A stretch of DNA of 64,000 bases from Syntrophorhabdaceae bacterium (GTDB taxonomy: Bacteria > Desulfobacterota > Syntrophorhabdia > Syntrophorhabdales > Syntrophorhabdaceae): positions 1,344,001 through 1,408,000 of the forward strand of contig OY762209.1 of assembly GCA_963665295.1 (NCBI GenBank). Direction: 5' to 3'. A program made the translations under genes and the position numbers. Below, in pieces: positions 10,185 through 19,608 of this stretch (position 1 is the first letter of the stretch; each line of letters opens with the position of its first letter). The notes below the pieces were generated by a model, which was given only the letters and a program-made list of their open reading frames with translations, was not told where the DNA came from and did no database searches.

Positions 10185-10676
10185 CTATATCCCGTTGATC
10201 TCGGCCACCATCTTCTTGGTTATTCGTTTCCAATCATCGCTCTCCATTCCATCTACACGGTCATTTATGATCTTCATGAGTCCGCCATCTCTCGCAACAT
10301 TGTAGGCCTTATGCCTATTCATCTCCGAAAGGACAAAAACGATATCACAAATAGTCAAGTCATCCTTTGTCTGAAGCAATTTCGTTCTCAGGAAATCAAC
10401 TGCAGCCTTTCCCTCCATCGCAAAAGGTCTGGACAGGTATATCGCCGGAGGATGAAATACCTGATTTCCACAAATATATATGGAATACTGATCCTCAATC
10501 GTGTAACTACCAAATTTCCTGATTTGCTCGCTTGGCGGCATTTTGAAGAATGTTTCTATCCATTTGTTGCATTGCTTGCCTGATAATGACCCCATTCCTC
10601 TGCTATCGCCTAACGTAACGAGAAACAGAGTTGCGGAAAAAATGGTTGCTAAAAGAACCGTATTTGCCACTCGCAT
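10185..10676 (-). CDS. Exported hypothetical protein (candidate immunity protein)
   Basis: GAGG RBS plus ATG 10676; signal-peptide-like N-terminus; lower GC. Confidence 0.6.
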   Translation of the reverse strand: MRVANTVLLATIFSATLFLVTLGDSRGMGSLSGKQCNKWIETFFKMPPSEQIRKFGSYTIEDQYSIYICGNQVFHPPAIYLSRPFAMEGKAAVDFLRTKLLQTKDDLTICDIVFVLSEMNRHKAYNVARDGGLMKIINDRVDGMESDDWKRITKKMVAEINGI

Positions 10677-10719
10677 AACCCTCCTCTGGAGAAAGGCGAA
10701 CAGTGAGCGAACGGAGGGG

Positions 10720-11229
10720 TCAGTTGGATCCTCTGAGCATATCCAGCAGAAGCGCCTTCCCGTCTCGGACTTTTCGCCAGTAAAAAACCGAGAAGAAGAA
10801 ACCCATCCCCACGCATCCAAATCCTGCAATAAGAAATGCGATGCCTCCGGTAATGTTGGCATCTTCGAAAGCACATGACCAAGCCACATAGAATACGGCG
10901 AGGGTTGAAAGCCAAATGTATATAACGGCCAAGCTCATAATCGGGTTTGATGCCGTGACGCATACGCGCACGTCATCATTGTCTCCTTCCAACCGGCCAT
11001 GAAAGACCGGAAGCAGCGCCCATGTATAGCCGACCACTTCTCGGATGTCAAATCGATCGGAATTGACTTTGCCTTGAAAAAAGACATTCTCTGGAGAAGA
11101 GAAAACATGGGTCTTCGCGACCTTATTCTTTAGCATCTCACGCACCGCGTCCCTGGTCAAGTGCGTTTGAATTTCAAAGGTACCTTTACGAGGCATGATT
11201 CTCACTGAAACCACCTCCCCATCTATCAC
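10720..11229 (-). CDS. Hypothetical membrane protein (2 C-terminal TM helices)
   Basis: Open frame with two hydrophobic segments; start uncertain (may be 11196). Confidence 0.55.
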   Translation of the reverse strand: MIDGEVVSVRIMPRKGTFEIQTHLTRDAVREMLKNKVAKTHVFSSPENVFFQGKVNSDRFDIREVVGYTWALLPVFHGRLEGDNDDVRVCVTASNPIMSLAVIYIWLSTLAVFYVAWSCAFEDANITGGIAFLIAGFGCVGMGFFFSVFYWRKVRDGKALLLDMLRGSN

Positions 11230-11304
11230 AATTGAACTACTTCAGTCTGTTCCACCACCCTCATGCACACGAAGTCGCTCCAACCAGTCATGCGGGCGGG
11301 GTCG

Positions 11305-11733
11305 TCATGTGGCCGTTTTCGATTCAACAAGTGGTAATAAACGCGAATCTTCCAGCGCAGCCGTTCGATGCCCTATACCCGCCAAGTATTCTTTATTGGA
11401 GGAAAATGCAAGGAAGTCGGATAACGAGTTCTGGCGAACAAGCATCACAAGGTCCCACCGCTCTTCCTGAGGACCGATAAGGTATTTGCCACCTTTCCCT
11501 AAGAATACAAGATCACCACCGGTTTTCCTGAGAAACGGCAACGTGTGATCTATGTACTTTTGGTACGCCTCCGCACCGGATATGGGTTGGCTGGGCGTAA
11601 GCTCAGGATTAGCGGAATAATCGGCTACATCGCGAAATCGTAGCAGATTTAGCATAACGACTTCGCCAAGGATATTCCGGGTAAATAGTGCCGCCCCTGC
11701 CTCCTGTGTAACTTCCAGGAAATGTTCTGTCAT
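11305..11733 (-). CDS. DUF1330-family protein
   Basis: VVMLNLLRFR...SGAEAYQKY...WDLVMLV...HRTAALEDSRL pattern; RBS before ATG 11733. Confidence 0.8.
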   Translation of the reverse strand: MTEHFLEVTQEAGAALFTRNILGEVVMLNLLRFRDVADYSANPELTPSQPISGAEAYQKYIDHTLPFLRKTGGDLVFLGKGGKYLIGPQEERWDLVMLVRQNSLSDFLAFSSNKEYLAGIGHRTAALEDSRLLPLVESKTAT

Positions 11734-11858
11734 TACGATTCCCCTTTCTCTTTCATTGCAATGTGACGCAAAATGCAGCCGCCGGATGGAAGGACTGCTG
11801 CATTTTGCCAAGTTTGCGGATTCAGCCGCCATCGTTGTCGGCTTACTGCAGTGACATA

Positions 11859-12203
11859 TTAGAGACTCACAACGTGAGGCTCCGTTTTCTCCAGCCTCTC
11901 AATCCAAATCTGGGCAAGGACGCGTAGTTCCTGAATGTAGCTTACGTGGGAATTCTCTTCGGGAACGAGCTCGTCTAACACTTCAAACCGAAAAGATGAT
12001 TCTCCACAGGTTTTCCACTCTTCCTGCAACTCTCTGTTTCGATGATTTCCAAATTTCAACTCAGCCTTGTGTCTATTGAGTCTGGCACGCATATCAAGCC
12101 CGAAACCGATGTACGACCGGCCGTTTCCGATATTCCTGATTCTATATACCCCCATCGGCTGCTTGGCCTGCTTGTACTCCTTCTTTGCTGTTGATTTATC
12201 CAT
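11859..12203 (-). CDS. GIY-YIG nuclease family protein
   Basis: GVYRIRN...SYIG motif; LQEEW...G...F.FEVL; GAGG RBS before ATG 12203. Confidence 0.85.
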   Translation of the reverse strand: MDKSTAKKEYKQAKQPMGVYRIRNIGNGRSYIGFGLDMRARLNRHKAELKFGNHRNRELQEEWKTCGESSFRFEVLDELVPEENSHVSYIQELRVLAQIWIERLEKTEPHVVSL

Positions 12204-12239
12204 TGTCCTCTTTTCCACGTATATTAGGCGAACTACTCT

Positions 12240-12379
12240 GGGGACGCAATTGACCAGCTTGACAAAGGTCCCGCGTCTCCATTTTCGTCGATGCCATATT
12301 GTCCTCTTAATTGTCTTCCTTTGGAGAGGGGCATGTCAAGGGTTATTTACTTATTTACGGTCGTCCCCAATGCATCCCC
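12240..12379 (-). repeat. Diverged RAYT-end MITE-like element (GGGGACG...CGTCCCC)
   Basis: Right half GAGAGG..ATGTCAAGGG..TTATTTA.GG.CGTCCC.AATG aligns with the promoter arm of the 163-bp element; minus-strand TTGACA. Confidence 0.6.
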
Positions 12380-12515
12380 TAAGAATACAGTAACAGTTTA
12401 GTCCTCTCGGAACTTTTTCCAGCAAAATATTATGTCTAATTTGCACAACACCTTTGATTCCCTTGTTCCATGATGGTATTATAATAGAAGTACTACTACT
12501 CATGTGGAGGGTTCA

Positions 12516-12794
12516 ATGGAACAAATCGATCTTCTTAAAAGGCAGCGGGAGAGACTTAAGGAGGACATTGTCGCACAGCTGGATTTCTTCCTTATCGGGA
12601 CGGTGGCCAAGTCCCCTTCCATGACGGGCCACTCCCTTACCACAAAAGTGAAGGGGAAGACCGTAACCGTGTATGTGAGAAAACAGATTGCCGAGAAGGC
12701 GAAGGAGATGACGAAGCGGTACAAGATGATGTGGCTTCTCATACAGAAGCTTTCTAAGATCAACTGGGAGATACTGAAACAGGAGAGCGAGTGA
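12516..12794 (+). CDS. IS66 accessory ORF (DUF6788-like)
   Basis: 92 aa; GGAGG RBS; overlaps the transposase start (GTGA). Confidence 0.75.
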   Translation: MEQIDLLKRQRERLKEDIVAQLDFFLIGTVAKSPSMTGHSLTTKVKGKTVTVYVRKQIAEKAKEMTKRYKMMWLLIQKLSKINWEILKQESE

Positions 12795-14311
12795 AGAGGG
12801 TCTATCCTCCATACGGCTACGATTGTCTTTATAAGGACAATTGCCCCCATCTTAACTTTCTCTCCACCCTATGGGTCTTTGGAGAATATGAGCGGGCCCA
12901 TGAGGTGTACGAAGAGCATCTTCGGATTATCGATGTGTTCCGGGACAGGCTGGATGACACCATGAAGCGTATCCGTCTTTTAGAGAAGGAGAACGAGGAA
13001 CTGAAGGCGAAGAATACCGCATTGCATCGAAGACAGTTCAAGGCGAACAAAAAACCGGAGCATGCGGTCTCTTTGGCAGGGAGGAAGCGCGGCGCTCCGG
13101 TCGGACACCCCGGGTGGTTCAGGCCCGAGCCTGCCCGCGTGGATGCGACGGTTCACGTGCCCGCTCCCGATCGATGCCCCCATTGCGGGTCAGGCCCTCT
13201 TGTCCCCGGGGAAGGGATCCGTGAGCATGTGCAGGAAGACATTGTCATAAGACCCCGCACGGTGGTGAGACGGTATGTGCATAAGGAAGCATACTGTAGC
13301 CGTTGCGGGCGTTCTGTGGTGAAGGCGGCTCCCGACGAACTTCCGAATGCTCCTATCGGACCGGTTACGAAATCCGTTGCCTTATACTTGCGGTACAGGA
13401 TAGGTATGAGCTATCGAAAGGTAGAGGAAGTTATGAGGGAGATCTTCGGCCTTGCCTTTGTCCCTGCTTCGGCAGTGGGGTTTGACAGGGCTGCGGCGAA
13501 AAGGGGGGCGCCTCTTTATGAAGACCTCCGGGAGAAGATACGCGCCTCGGAAATAGTTCATGCCGATGAGACATCATGGAGGAACGACGGGACCGGTCAT
13601 TACGCGTGGTATGCGGGAAACGCCGATCTTGCCCTCTTCCATATCGACCGGCACCGCTCGACAGACGTGGCTCAACATCTTCTCGGGGACAACTTCGACG
13701 GGGTGCTCATCACCGACCGCTATGCCGCGTATAACGGAGTTCATGCGAGAGAAAGGCAGACATGCCTTGCCCACCTTATCACCAGGGCCAGGGAGTTGAC
13801 CCGGGAGCTCGTCCTCATGGAGACAAGAGATACAAAAGCGGAGGCGTTCTGTGATGCGGTCGGGAGGCTCTTCTCGGATGCCTGCGCCGCGGGCGGGGAT
13901 CTTCTTAAGGGAAAGAGAGAGTGGGGAGATGCTCCCCGCATCGAGAAGCAATTGAGAGCAACCCTCGGGAAGATATGTGCAAAGCCCCTCAAGTATAAGC
14001 CGGCGGAAGGGCTCCGTACCTTCCTTACCGGCAAAGACCGGAAGTTTCTCTTCACGTTCCTTCGCTATCCGGGAGTACCACCTACCAACAACCAGGCAGA
14101 ACAGTCGATCCGCTTCCTGGTGATCATGAGGAAGCTCATGTTCGGTACGCGGTCGGCAACGGGACTGAAGACCCACAGTATCCTGCCGAGTCTCATCATT
14201 ACTTCCATGAGGCAAGGGAACGATCCACGGAAGTTCCTGGAGACGCTCCTGGTGTCGGATACCATGACGGCACAGGCGGCACTGTATCGCAATGGGGCGA
14301 GGGCTCCGTGA
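12791..14311 (+). CDS. IS66 transposase TnpC
   Basis: GAPVGHPG, CxxC...CxxC zinc finger, HADETSW, TDRYAAY, QTCLAHL, TNNQAEQSIR. Confidence 0.95.
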   Translation: MKRVYPPYGYDCLYKDNCPHLNFLSTLWVFGEYERAHEVYEEHLRIIDVFRDRLDDTMKRIRLLEKENEELKAKNTALHRRQFKANKKPEHAVSLAGRKRGAPVGHPGWFRPEPARVDATVHVPAPDRCPHCGSGPLVPGEGIREHVQEDIVIRPRTVVRRYVHKEAYCSRCGRSVVKAAPDELPNAPIGPVTKSVALYLRYRIGMSYRKVEEVMREIFGLAFVPASAVGFDRAAAKRGAPLYEDLREKIRASEIVHADETSWRNDGTGHYAWYAGNADLALFHIDRHRSTDVAQHLLGDNFDGVLITDRYAAYNGVHARERQTCLAHLITRARELTRELVLMETRDTKAEAFCDAVGRLFSDACAAGGDLLKGKREWGDAPRIEKQLRATLGKICAKPLKYKPAEGLRTFLTGKDRKFLFTFLRYPGVPPTNNQAEQSIRFLVIMRKLMFGTRSATGLKTHSILPSLIITSMRQGNDPRKFLETLLVSDTMTAQAALYRNGARAP

Positions 14312-14463
14312 GGGGGACTAAACTGTTACAGAATACAGTAACAGTTTAGTCCCCCCGGAACTTTTTCCAGCAAAATATTATGTCTAATTTCCACAAAACC
14401 TTTGATTTCCTTGTTCCATGATGGTATTATAATAGGAGTACTACTACTCAGTCGGAGGGTTCA

Positions 14464-14742
14464 ATGGAACAAATCGATCTTCTTAAAAGGCAGCGGGAGA
14501 GACTTAAGGAGGACATTGTCGCACAGCTGGATTTCTTCCTTATCGGGACGGTGGCCAAGTCCCCTTCCATGACGGGCCACTCCCTTACCACAAAAGTGAA
14601 GGGGAAGACCGTAACCGTGTATGTGAGAAAACAGATTGCCGAGAAGGCGAAGGAGATGACGAAGCGGTACAAGATGATGTGGCTTCTCATACAGAAGCTT
14701 TCTAAGATCAACTGGGAGATACTGAAACAGGAGAGCGAGTGA
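14464..14742 (+). CDS. IS66 accessory ORF (DUF6788-like)
   Basis: Same protein as copy 1. Confidence 0.75.
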   Translation: MEQIDLLKRQRERLKEDIVAQLDFFLIGTVAKSPSMTGHSLTTKVKGKTVTVYVRKQIAEKAKEMTKRYKMMWLLIQKLSKINWEILKQESE

Positions 14743-16259
14743 AGAGGGTCTATCCTCCATACGGCTACGATTGTCTTTATAAGGACAATTGCCCCCATCT
14801 TAACTTTCTCTCCACCCTATGGGTCTTTGGAGAATATGAGCGGGCCCATGAGGTGTACGAAGAGCATCTTCGGATTATCGATGTGTTCCGGGACAGGCTG
14901 GATGACACCATGAAGCGTATCCGTCTTTTAGAGAAGGAGAACGAGGAACTGAAGGCGAAGAATACCGCATTGCATCGAAGACAGTTCAAGGCGAACAAAA
15001 AACCGGAGCATGCGGTCTCTTTGGCAGGGAGGAAGCGCGGCGCTCCGGTCGGACACCCCGGGTGGTTCAGGCCCGAGCCTGCCCGCGTGGATGCGACGGT
15101 TCACGTGCCCGCTCCCGATCGATGCCCCCATTGCGGGTCAGGCCCTCTTGTCCCCGGGGAAGGGATCCGTGAGCATGTGCAGGAAGACATTGTCATAAGA
15201 CCCCGCACGGTGGTGAGACGGTATGTGCATAAGGAAGCATACTGTAGCCGTTGCGGGCGTTCTGTGGTGAAGGCGGCTCCCGACGAACTTCCGAATGCTC
15301 CTATCGGACCGGTTACGAAATCCGTTGCCTTATACTTGCGGTACAGGATAGGTATGAGCTATCGAAAGGTAGAGGAAGTTATGAGGGAGATCTTCGGCCT
15401 TGCCTTTGTCCCTGCTTCGGCAGTGGGGTTTGACAGGGCTGCGGCGAAAAGGGGGACACCTCTTTATGAAGACCTCCGGGAGAAGATACGCGCCTCGGAA
15501 ATAGTTCATGCCGATGAGACATCATGGAGGAACGACGGGACCGGTCATTACGCGTGGTATGCGGGAAACGCCGATCTTGCCCTCTTCCATATCGACCGGC
15601 ACCGCTCGACAGACGTGGCTCAACATCTTCTCGGGGACAACTTCGACGGGGTGCTCATCACCGACCGCTATGCCGCGTATAACGGAGTTCATGCGAGAGA
15701 AAGGCAGACATGCCTTGCCCACCTTATCACCAGGGCCAGGGAGTTGACCCGGGAGCTCGTCCTCATGGAGACAAGAGATACAAAAGCGGAGGCGTTCTGT
15801 GATGCGGTCGGGAGGCTCTTCTCGGATGCCTGCGCCGCGGGCGGGGATCTTCTTAAGGGAAAGAGAGAGTGGGGAGATGCTCCCCGCATCGAGAAGCAAT
15901 TGAGAGCAACCCTCGGGAAGATATGTGCAAAGCCCCTCAAGTATAAGCCGGCGGAAGGGCTCCGTACCTTCCTTACCGGCAAAGACCGGAAGTTTCTCTT
16001 CACGTTCCTTCGCTATCCGGGAGTACCACCTACCAACAACCAGGCAGAACAGTCGATCCGCTTCCTGGTGATCATGAGGAAGCTCATGTTCGGTACGCGG
16101 TCGGCAACGGGACTGAAGACCCACAGTATCCTGCCGAGTCTCATCATTACTTCCATGAGGCAAGGGAACGATCCACGGAAGTTCCTGGAGACGCTTCTGG
16201 TGTCGGATACCATGACGGCACAGGCGGCACTGTATCGCAATGGGGCGAGGGCTCCGTGA
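14739..16259 (+). CDS. IS66 transposase TnpC
   Basis: As copy 1, with one visible A-to-T amino acid change. Confidence 0.95.
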   Translation: MKRVYPPYGYDCLYKDNCPHLNFLSTLWVFGEYERAHEVYEEHLRIIDVFRDRLDDTMKRIRLLEKENEELKAKNTALHRRQFKANKKPEHAVSLAGRKRGAPVGHPGWFRPEPARVDATVHVPAPDRCPHCGSGPLVPGEGIREHVQEDIVIRPRTVVRRYVHKEAYCSRCGRSVVKAAPDELPNAPIGPVTKSVALYLRYRIGMSYRKVEEVMREIFGLAFVPASAVGFDRAAAKRGTPLYEDLREKIRASEIVHADETSWRNDGTGHYAWYAGNADLALFHIDRHRSTDVAQHLLGDNFDGVLITDRYAAYNGVHARERQTCLAHLITRARELTRELVLMETRDTKAEAFCDAVGRLFSDACAAGGDLLKGKREWGDAPRIEKQLRATLGKICAKPLKYKPAEGLRTFLTGKDRKFLFTFLRYPGVPPTNNQAEQSIRFLVIMRKLMFGTRSATGLKTHSILPSLIITSMRQGNDPRKFLETLLVSDTMTAQAALYRNGARAP

Positions 16260-16410
16260 GGGGGACTAAACTGTTACGTCGTCCGTAACAGTTTAGTCCT
16301 CTCGGAACTTTTTCCAGCAAAATATTATGTCTAATTTGCACAACACCTTTGATTCCCTTGTTCCATGATGGTATTATAATAGAAGTACTACTACTCATGT
16401 GGAGGGTTCA

Positions 16411-16689
16411 ATGGAACAAATCGATCTTCTTAAAAGGCAGCGGGAGAGACTTAAGGAGGACATTGTCGCACAGCTGGATTTCTTCCTTATCGGGACGGTG
16501 GCCAAGTCCCCTTCCATGACGGGCCACTCCCTTACCACAAAAGTGAAGGGGAAGACCGTAACCGTGTATGTGAGAAAACAGATTGCCGAGAAGGCGAAGG
16601 AGATGACGAAGCGGTACAAGATGATGTGGCTTCTCATACAGAAGCTTTCTAAGATCAACTGGGAGATACTGAAACAGGAGAGCGAGTGA
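16411..16689 (+). CDS. IS66 accessory ORF (DUF6788-like)
   Basis: Same protein as copy 1. Confidence 0.75.
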   Translation: MEQIDLLKRQRERLKEDIVAQLDFFLIGTVAKSPSMTGHSLTTKVKGKTVTVYVRKQIAEKAKEMTKRYKMMWLLIQKLSKINWEILKQESE

Positions 16690-18206
16690 AGAGGGTCTAT
16701 CCTCCATACGGCTACGATTGTCTTTATAAGGACAATTGCCCCCATCTTAACTTTCTCTCCACCCTATGGGTCTTTGGAGAATATGAGCGGGCCCATGAGG
16801 TGTACGAAGAGCATCTTCGGATTATCGATGTGTTCCGGGACAGGCTGGATGACACCATGAAGCGTATCCGTCTTTTAGAGAAGGAGAACGAGGAACTGAA
16901 GGCGAAGAATACCGCATTGCATCGAAGACAGTTCAAGGCGAACAAAAAACCGGAGCATGCGGTCTCTTTGGCAGGGAGGAAGCGCGGCGCTCCGGTCGGA
17001 CACCCCGGGTGGTTCAGGCCCGAGCCTGCCCGCGTGGATGCGACGGTTCACGTGCCCGCTCCCGATCGATGCCCCCATTGCGGGTCAGGCCCTCTTGTCC
17101 CCGGGGAAGGGATCCGTGAGCATGTGCAGGAAGACATTGTCATAAGACCCCGCACGGTGGTGAGACGGTATGTGCATAAGGAAGCATACTGTAGCCGTTG
17201 CGGGCGTTCTGTGGTGAAGGCGGCTCCCGACGAACTTCCGAATGCTCCTATCGGACCGGTTACGAAATCCGTTGCCTTATACTTGCGGTACAGGATAGGT
17301 ATGAGCTATCGAAAGGTAGAGGAAGTTATGAGGGAGGTCTTTGGTATACCCTTTGTCCCTGCGTCGGCAGTGGGGTTTGACAGGGCTGCGGCGAAAAGGG
17401 GGACACCTCTTTATGAAGACCTCCGGGAGAAGATACGCGCCTCGGAAATAGTTCATGCCGATGAGACATCATGGAGGAACGACGGGACCGGTCATTACGC
17501 GTGGTATGCGGGAAACGCCGATCTTGCCCTCTTCCATATCGACCGGCACCGCTCGACAGAAGTGGCTCAACATCTTCTCGGGGACAACTTCGACGGGGTG
17601 CTCATCACCGACCGCTATGCCGCGTATAACGGAGTTCATGCGAGAGAAAGGCAGACATGCCTTGCCCACCTTATCACCAGGGCCGGAGAATTGACCCGGG
17701 ATCTCGTCCTCATGGAGACAAGAGATACAAAAGCGGAGGCGTTCTGTGATGCGGTCGGGAGGCTCTTCTCGGATGCCTGCGCCGCGGGCGGGGATCTTCT
17801 TAAGGGAAAGAGAGAGTGGGGAGATGCTCCCCGCATCGAGAAGCAATTGAGAGCAACCCTCGGGAAGATATGTGCAAAGCCCCTCAAGTATAAGCCGGCG
17901 GAAGTGCTCCGTACCTTCCTTACCGGCAAAGACCGGAAGTTTCTCTTCACGTTCCTTCGCTATCCGGGAGTACCACCTACCAACAACCAGGCAGAACAGT
18001 CGATCCGCTTCCTGGTGATCATGAGGAAGCTCATGTTCGGTACGCGGTCGGCAACGGGACTGAAGACCCACAGTATCCTGCCGAGTCTCATCATTACTTC
18101 CATGAGGCAAGGGAACGATCCACGGAAGTTCCTGGAGACGCTTCTGGTGTCGGATACCATGACGGCACAGGCGGCACTGTATCGCAATGGGGCGAGGGCT
18201 CCGTGA
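16686..18206 (+). CDS. IS66 transposase TnpC
   Basis: As copy 1 with a few substitutions (VFGIPF, STEV, AGELTRD, AEVL). Confidence 0.95.
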   Translation: MKRVYPPYGYDCLYKDNCPHLNFLSTLWVFGEYERAHEVYEEHLRIIDVFRDRLDDTMKRIRLLEKENEELKAKNTALHRRQFKANKKPEHAVSLAGRKRGAPVGHPGWFRPEPARVDATVHVPAPDRCPHCGSGPLVPGEGIREHVQEDIVIRPRTVVRRYVHKEAYCSRCGRSVVKAAPDELPNAPIGPVTKSVALYLRYRIGMSYRKVEEVMREVFGIPFVPASAVGFDRAAAKRGTPLYEDLREKIRASEIVHADETSWRNDGTGHYAWYAGNADLALFHIDRHRSTEVAQHLLGDNFDGVLITDRYAAYNGVHARERQTCLAHLITRAGELTRDLVLMETRDTKAEAFCDAVGRLFSDACAAGGDLLKGKREWGDAPRIEKQLRATLGKICAKPLKYKPAEVLRTFLTGKDRKFLFTFLRYPGVPPTNNQAEQSIRFLVIMRKLMFGTRSATGLKTHSILPSLIITSMRQGNDPRKFLETLLVSDTMTAQAALYRNGARAP

Positions 18207-18220
18207 GGGGGACTAAACTG

Positions 18221-18877
18221 TTACACTTTCTTTTGGACCGAGGGTGGAATCCTGTCGCTATCGAGTATCTGAAGGATTATCTTATTGATCTTTTCATCGG
18301 GTCTCTTTAGCAGCGCGACAAAAGCGTCTACGGTCTTCTTCTCGTTTGACAATCTCGTCAAAAGAAAGAGGTTCGTACCGAGAAGGAAAAGGTCTGTCTC
18401 ACGTGTCAGTAGCCCGACAAATTCATCTTCCACCGCGACAAAGATATCCTGATTTGACGCTCTCAGGCAAGAATATATCATTGCCCTTGTCGCCAAATCA
18501 GTCTGCGAACCGAACAGTACAGGAGATTTCCTGAGGAATGCCTTCCAACCAACGCCTTGAACAGATACTATCGTGAGGCCCACCTGCCTGTCATGCTGGA
18601 CAGAGGACGCAAGCAATTTTTCAATTGCCTCTTCGTCAGGCGGCAAAGAGTTAACCAAGTTTCGTCGAGCCTGTTCCAATCTGCCATAATCTTCGGGAAG
18701 TCTTCCTTGCTGATCCAGGTCGTTATGGGTCAACGCATCGCCCGCCTGGAGATACTCGCCGGCACATTTATACCAGGGCGCGGAGGTGTAGTTGCTTGCG
18801 AAACATTGGTTTGCTACCAGGACGAGGATTGCTATAGTAATCGCTTGACCTGCTCTTTTAGCCACAAGGCACCTCAC
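18221..18877 (-). CDS. Exported helical hypothetical protein, probably 3'-truncated by IS66
   Basis: Signal-peptide-like N-terminus; the TAA stop lies inside the IS66 right IR. Confidence 0.55.
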   Translation of the reverse strand: MRCLVAKRAGQAITIAILVLVANQCFASNYTSAPWYKCAGEYLQAGDALTHNDLDQQGRLPEDYGRLEQARRNLVNSLPPDEEAIEKLLASSVQHDRQVGLTIVSVQGVGWKAFLRKSPVLFGSQTDLATRAMIYSCLRASNQDIFVAVEDEFVGLLTRETDLFLLGTNLFLLTRLSNEKKTVDAFVALLKRPDEKINKIILQILDSDRIPPSVQKKV

Positions 18878-18974
18878 TCACCACCGCAGGTCGATAGCCG
18901 GCCTTTCCCGCGTGTAATATCATAACAACGCCCGGCACATAAATCGATCGCTCCTAATGTCCCCCCTGATGGTT

Positions 18975-19250
18975 TCACTTATCGAGAGGGAAACCACATT
19001 TGCTGCAATTTCGCGGGACCCACGGCGTGAATACCATCCCAAAGTCAAGGCCCAAGAAAGGGTTTTGGTACACTGATTTTCCGCAACTCGGGCATCTCAG
19101 ACGTTTTTTTACGATCATGTCCAAAGCAAGAATGGGAATCCATAGCAGGAGAATCAGCGCATTATTCAACGCGATTGCCAACAGGCCCATACCAAAAAAC
19201 ATGGCAATCCCACATGTTACCCAAAGGTGTGCCTTCGAACGCAAACTCAT
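18975..19250 (-). CDS. Small membrane protein with C-terminal zinc ribbon (CPSC...CSKC)
   Basis: Two TM helices, two CxxC pairs, GGAGG RBS. Confidence 0.7.
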   Translation of the reverse strand: MSLRSKAHLWVTCGIAMFFGMGLLAIALNNALILLLWIPILALDMIVKKRLRCPSCGKSVYQNPFLGLDFGMVFTPWVPRNCSKCGFPLDK

Positions 19251-19445
19251 CCAGATGGTCCCCTCCTATGGTCCCGGAGTGAAGTCAGAGGGAAGTTCGA
19301 CCTTTATACAGGAAATAAATCTCGTGGCACTAATAGAGCCTCCCGGAATCCCCGGGCCATAGTTAACAGTCAGTCCTGCCGGAGCGCTATCTGGTTTCAA
19401 TATAGCTGTGCCCCCCACGTCCCATTACTGACATTCACATTGCCA

Positions 19446-19608
19446 GGGACGTCCATTAAACTATCAAACCAGCCATACTATACCTTTCTGTACCCCTAAG
19501 ATGATGCACCGCCCCTGCGGCATCAATGCGAGCTTTTCCCGGCATGACGATATGGTATCAGGGAGAGGTACGGATGTCAAGGGAATGTGATTATTTAATG
19601 GACGTCCC
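19446..19608 (-). mobile_element. 163-bp RAYT-derived MITE-like element, copy B
   Basis: Perfect 15-bp TIR GGGACGTCCATTAAA/TTTAATGGACGTCCC; promoter TTGACA-17-TACCAT; mini-ORF 19545-19456 MPGKARIDAAGAVHHLRGTERYSMAGLIV. Confidence 0.8.

Larger units (their letters stand above)
12390..14329 (+). mobile_element. IS66-family element, copy 1 (1940 bp)
   Basis: IR GTAACAGTTTAGTCC/GGACTAAACTGTTAC; 8-bp duplication AGAATACA. Confidence 0.95.
14338..16277 (+). mobile_element. IS66-family element, copy 2
   Basis: Same IRs; several substitutions in the left end relative to copies 1 and 3. Confidence 0.95.
16285..18224 (+). mobile_element. IS66-family element, copy 3
   Basis: Same IRs; separated from copy 2 by 7 bp GTCGTCC; no matching duplication on the right. 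Confidence 0.95.

Noticed and set aside
11761..11862. Possible integron attC between the GIY-YIG and DUF1330 genes (12-bp IR GCAAAATGCAGC/GCTGCATTTTGC)
   Set aside because: No intact RYYYAAC/GTTRRRY boxes, no integrase and no repeated attC in the window. At most a degenerate remnant; IntegronFinder would decide.
12390..18224. Simple collapsed or expanded assembly repeat
   Set aside because: Copies differ at multiple sites and have distinct junctions with a valid 8-bp duplication. Not fully excluded without long reads.
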